DNA of 19,015 nucleotides from Oligoflexus sp. (GTDB lineage Bacteria; Bdellovibrionota_B; Oligoflexia; Oligoflexales; Oligoflexaceae). This document shows positions 16,091 through 19,015 of this stretch, piece after piece. Position 1 is the stretch's first letter. Every line of letters starts with the position of its first letter. The notes under the pieces were generated by a model. The model was not told where the DNA came from and did not search any database. It was given only the letters and a program-made list of their open reading frames with translations. Made by a program: the position numbers and the translations under genes. The stretch covers positions 1 to 19,015 of the forward strand of contig JBGSTX010000144.1 in assembly GCA_041736305.1 (NCBI GenBank). The letters are read 5' to 3'.

Positions 16091-16913
16091 AGTCCGGCCA
16101 GAGTCTCTCTATCGCTTGGACCTCGCTTACGTTGGCAGCGACTTCATGGGGTGGCAAAGTCAGCTTCATGGCAATACCGTTCAGGATGAGATTGAAAAAG
16201 CTCTGAAAGTGGTCTTGCGTAAAGCGACTAGGATTACTGGAGCCTCTCGCACCGACACGGGCGTGCACGCTGAACATCAGGTAGCCACTTTTCGCTTTCA
16301 AGAGGGTTTAGACTGTATTCGCGCTCAAAGGTCGATTCAGGCACTCTTGCCTCCGACCGTCGGGATCTATCGTTTGGGCCCGGCTGAACCGGGCTTCAAC
16401 CCCATTTACCAAGCCTGTGCGAAAGTGTATCGCTACCGACTATGGCGGGGATCGAGTCCAAGTCCCTTCGCGCGACCTTATCTTTGGACTCTTTCGGGCC
16501 GTCCCCATCTCGACGTTGCCGCAATGGAAGAGGCTTCGCGCTTTCTCCTTGGGCGGCATAATTTTCGAAGCTTCTGTGCCAGTGATTCTTCAGCTAGTAG
16601 TTTTGAACGGACGATCTTTGACCTTCGATGGCAAGATCACGGGAATTTGCTTGAATTTTTTATCCTAGGCGACGGCTTTCTCAAGCAAATGGTGCGAAGC
16701 CTAGTCGGAACCCTGGTGGAAGTTGGTCGAGGTAAGCGTCCTCCACAGGCGATCGAAGCCATCCTCGCTAGCCAAGATAGAACGCAAGCGGGGTTGACAG
16801 CTCCTCCGGAAGGTCTAAGTCTGCTGCGAATCTTCTACCAAGTAGTTGAAACTATTCCACCGGAAGTCTATTCGCAAAAAGGGACCTTGTCTTTTTCTCT
16901 CAGTCCGCTCTAA
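16056..16913 (+). CDS. truA: tRNA pseudouridine(38-40) synthase TruA
   Basis: LAYVGSDFMGWQ, TVQ, catalytic SRTDTGVHA, GRHNFRSF, GFLKQMVR, TAPPEGL. ATG 16056 chosen, overlapping the upstream gene by 35 nt. Confidence 0.95.
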   Translation: MESLSTSNLSAEVRPESLYRLDLAYVGSDFMGWQSQLHGNTVQDEIEKALKVVLRKATRITGASRTDTGVHAEHQVATFRFQEGLDCIRAQRSIQALLPPTVGIYRLGPAEPGFNPIYQACAKVYRYRLWRGSSPSPFARPYLWTLSGRPHLDVAAMEEASRFLLGRHNFRSFCASDSSASSFERTIFDLRWQDHGNLLEFFILGDGFLKQMVRSLVGTLVEVGRGKRPPQAIEAILASQDRTQAGLTAPPEGLSLLRIFYQVVETIPPEVYSQKGTLSFSLSPL

Positions 16914-16918
16914 GTCCC

Positions 16919-16955
16919 GCCTGAGCTTTGAGCTAGCTCGATACGGCCTTTTTTT
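16919..16955 (+). terminator. Possible intrinsic terminator after truA
   Basis: GCC-TGAGCT ... AGCTCG-(ATAC bulge)-GGC imperfect stem followed by CTTTTTTT. Confidence 0.35.
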
Positions 16956-16979
16956 GGCACGTAGCTTTACGATTTCATC

Positions 16980-16985
16980 TATAAT
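16980..16985 (+). promoter_or_regulatory. Consensus -10 hexamer upstream of the TPR gene
   Basis: TATAAT 27 nt before ATG 17013; no good -35 at 16-18 nt spacing. Confidence 0.3.
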
Positions 16986-17012
16986 AGGAGAAAATTCCGA
17001 AAGGCGAACTCT

Positions 17013-18767
17013 ATGGTGTTTCATCCTCAGAAGCTTTGCATCATAGGCTGCTTGAGCCTGGTTCTTATTTCGTGCCGCCACACTCAGTCAGCAAAAGAAA
17101 AACCTGCCCCTCTCACAGATGAAAATAGAGATCTCGATAGCGACAAGTCGCAAACTGACCTTTGGTCGCCGGCCCGCCGTCAAGCCAACGCGTCGTTCTT
17201 CTACCTGACCGGTGAGTATGAAGCGCTGAATCGCAATATTCCCCGTGCGCGGAAATTTTTCGAAAATGCCTACAACCTAGATCCAAATCCTCGCTTAGCG
17301 GTGAAGATGATAGAGATGCAGGCTGGTGAAGACGTCGACAAGGCTTTGAATACTGCTAAAAAAATGGTTCTCCTATACCCTGAATATGGGGACCTAAGAC
17401 TTTTGCTAGGTCGATTTTTAACGGCTACAGGTGATTTTGAAAAAGCCGAACAGCAACTTAAAAAAGCTGTTGAACTCGATCCGAAGAAACTAGAAGCCCA
17501 TGTTTTTCTTTTACACCTTTATTATACTCAGCAAAAATATCAGCAGGCGATTCCTGTCGCGATCGAAATGTTAAAAGTTAACTCTGATTTTTCAGAAGGT
17601 TGGGCCCAGTTAGCTAAACTCTATCTGATAAGCAAGCAGCCTAAGTTAGCGGTCGAGGCCGCGAAGAGAGCTCTTTTGCTGAGTCCTTCTGATCCTGAGC
17701 AAGTGCATCTTAATGCAGTGGCCCTGGAAAAGAACGGCAATTTTAAAGAAGCGGTCACCCAGTATGATTTTTTACTTCGCTTGAATTCGACTCTCGATGA
17801 AGTCATTGTCAACATGGTAGGACTTTACAAACAGCTGGGCTCTCTCGACGATGCATTGAAGAACCTTCAGGCTACAGAAAAAGCTGTAGGGAGTCAGAGC
17901 CCAGGGGTCCGTCTGCAGATGACCTATATCTATTGGGAGCAGCAGAAGTTCGAGAGTGCCACAGAGCTACTTGATCAATTAGCTCGAGAAAATCCACAGT
18001 CCGAACGTATCACTTTCATGTCAGGCATTGGTCAAGAGCGAACCAAGCAGGTCAAAGAAGCTTTAGAAACTTTTCGTTCTTTTGACCCAAGTTCAGATTA
18101 CTATGTTCCTGCTCGGCATCGTGCAATTAGTATACTGAGGCGCCAGGGTGATGTTGAAGGTGCGCTCGCGATAATACGCGAAGTTGCATCAAGCCAGCTT
18201 GGCTCCGCAGCGGATTTTTATGTTTTGGGAGCTCAGGTTCTTGGGGCAGAGAAACGTTACTCCGAAGCGGTAAAATTTCTCAATGAAGGTATAGTGCGCT
18301 TTGCAGACCGAAGTGATCTCATATTTCTCAAGGCTGTGAATGAAGAGCGCGCCGGTAATATTCAAGACTGTAAGGACACCTTGGATGCACTCCTTAAAAA
18401 AGATCCCGAGCACGCCGCAGGCCACAATTTTCTGGGATATCTTCTCGCCGAACGCAAGGAAGATCTCGAAAAGGCAGAATTTCATATCAAGAAAGCGCTC
18501 GAAATCAAGCCAGATGATGGCTATTATCTGGACTCTCTAGGCTGGGTCTACTACCAGCAGGGCAAACTTGAGAAAGCCCTCGAGACCCTTTTGAAGGCCA
18601 ATGATTACGTGCCTAACGAAGGAGTCGTGCTCGAGCATATCGGCGACACCTATAAGGCTTTGGGCCAGGAAGCAAAGGCACAAGAATTCTATGGCAAGGC
18701 CAGCAAGACCAAACTCGACGATCGAGATTTGCAGAGAATCATGCAGAAATTTGACAGCGGCAAGTAA
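17013..18767 (+). CDS. Tetratricopeptide-repeat lipoprotein (LbcA/PA4667-like)
   Basis: Lipobox LISC at Cys21, tandem TPR-like helices, and C-terminal NFLGYLLAE...ALEIKPDDGYYLDSLGWVYY...EHIGD typical of this group. Confidence 0.85.
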   Translation: MVFHPQKLCIIGCLSLVLISCRHTQSAKEKPAPLTDENRDLDSDKSQTDLWSPARRQANASFFYLTGEYEALNRNIPRARKFFENAYNLDPNPRLAVKMIEMQAGEDVDKALNTAKKMVLLYPEYGDLRLLLGRFLTATGDFEKAEQQLKKAVELDPKKLEAHVFLLHLYYTQQKYQQAIPVAIEMLKVNSDFSEGWAQLAKLYLISKQPKLAVEAAKRALLLSPSDPEQVHLNAVALEKNGNFKEAVTQYDFLLRLNSTLDEVIVNMVGLYKQLGSLDDALKNLQATEKAVGSQSPGVRLQMTYIYWEQQKFESATELLDQLARENPQSERITFMSGIGQERTKQVKEALETFRSFDPSSDYYVPARHRAISILRRQGDVEGALAIIREVASSQLGSAADFYVLGAQVLGAEKRYSEAVKFLNEGIVRFADRSDLIFLKAVNEERAGNIQDCKDTLDALLKKDPEHAAGHNFLGYLLAERKEDLEKAEFHIKKALEIKPDDGYYLDSLGWVYYQQGKLEKALETLLKANDYVPNEGVVLEHIGDTYKALGQEAKAQEFYGKASKTKLDDRDLQRIMQKFDSGK

Positions 18768-19015
18768 GAGAGTGCAACTGGCACTCCTATTCCTGGCAGG
18801 TGCAATTTTTCAAATTTCGTGTGCAACTATACCAAGCTATCGGCCTGCTCACCTACCTGCATATGCTCTGTCCTACTTCAGTGAGTGTAGAAAGCAGGAT
18901 GGAGCCGTTACTTTTCTTTTTAGTCAAAATGGGCAGTACAGCGAGAAGGTCGATGCAGAGTGGGCTTCTAAAGCGAACGGAGACTGGGCGCTTGCGAGTT
19001 ACTCCCCCTTGGGGC
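18751..19015 (+). CDS. Partial lipoprotein, LolB-like, running off the window end
   Basis: Open frame not in the ORF track: TTG 18751 (or GTG 18772) gives MTAASKRVQLALLFLAGAIFQISC-ATIP...DAEWASKANGDWALASYSPLG, with no stop to 19015. Putative lipidated Cys at 18820-18822. Confidence 0.7.
   Translation, partial: MTAASKRVQLALLFLAGAIFQISCATIPSYRPAHLPAYALSYFSECRKQDGAVTFLFSQNGQYSEKVDAEWASKANGDWALASYSPLG

Noticed and set aside
16955..16970. Sigma54-like -24 element TGGCACG
   Set aside because: The required GC at -12 is missing (TA at 16968-16969).
800..18540. Many 60-140 aa alternative-frame and antisense ORFs inside the main genes
   Set aside because: All nested in well-conserved genes, with no motifs or convincing initiation signals.
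1..19015. CRISPR arrays, tRNA/rRNA genes, IS elements, prophage or defence systems
   Set aside because: No regularly spaced repeats, cloverleaf signatures, transposase/integrase motifs or obvious compositional island; nearly all sequence is explained by housekeeping genes.

Overview
A dense bacterial core-genome window of roughly 50% GC. Gene content and order suggest a Bdellovibrionota/Oligoflexia-like or former deltaproteobacterial organism (inference only). In order: fliW(+); class IV PLP aminotransferase(-); rimO and an AhpD/CMD-family gene(+); a secreted glycine-zipper hypothetical(-); rho-rpmE-prfA-prmC and an AI-2E transporter(+); rsmI-like(-); then uppS-cdsA-rseP-tsaB-pssA, a putative outer-membrane beta-barrel, truA, a TPR lipoprotein and a truncated LolB-like lipoprotein missing from the ORF track (all +). 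I found no tRNA, rRNA, CRISPR array, transposase or integrase, and no clear new multi-gene system. The most unusual items are: (1) a 116-nt rod-like hairpin with perfect 16-bp arms, starting at the predicted +1 of a consensus extended -10 promoter upstream of the glycine-zipper gene; (2) a 194-nt convergent overlap between the AI-2E and rsmI-like genes that covers conserved parts of both; (3) a LolB-like lipoprotein in an organism that does not look beta/gamma-proteobacterial; (4) a Rho with a ~59-aa low-complexity N-terminal extension and a C-rich leader; (5) dxr absent from the uppS-cdsA-rseP cluster.
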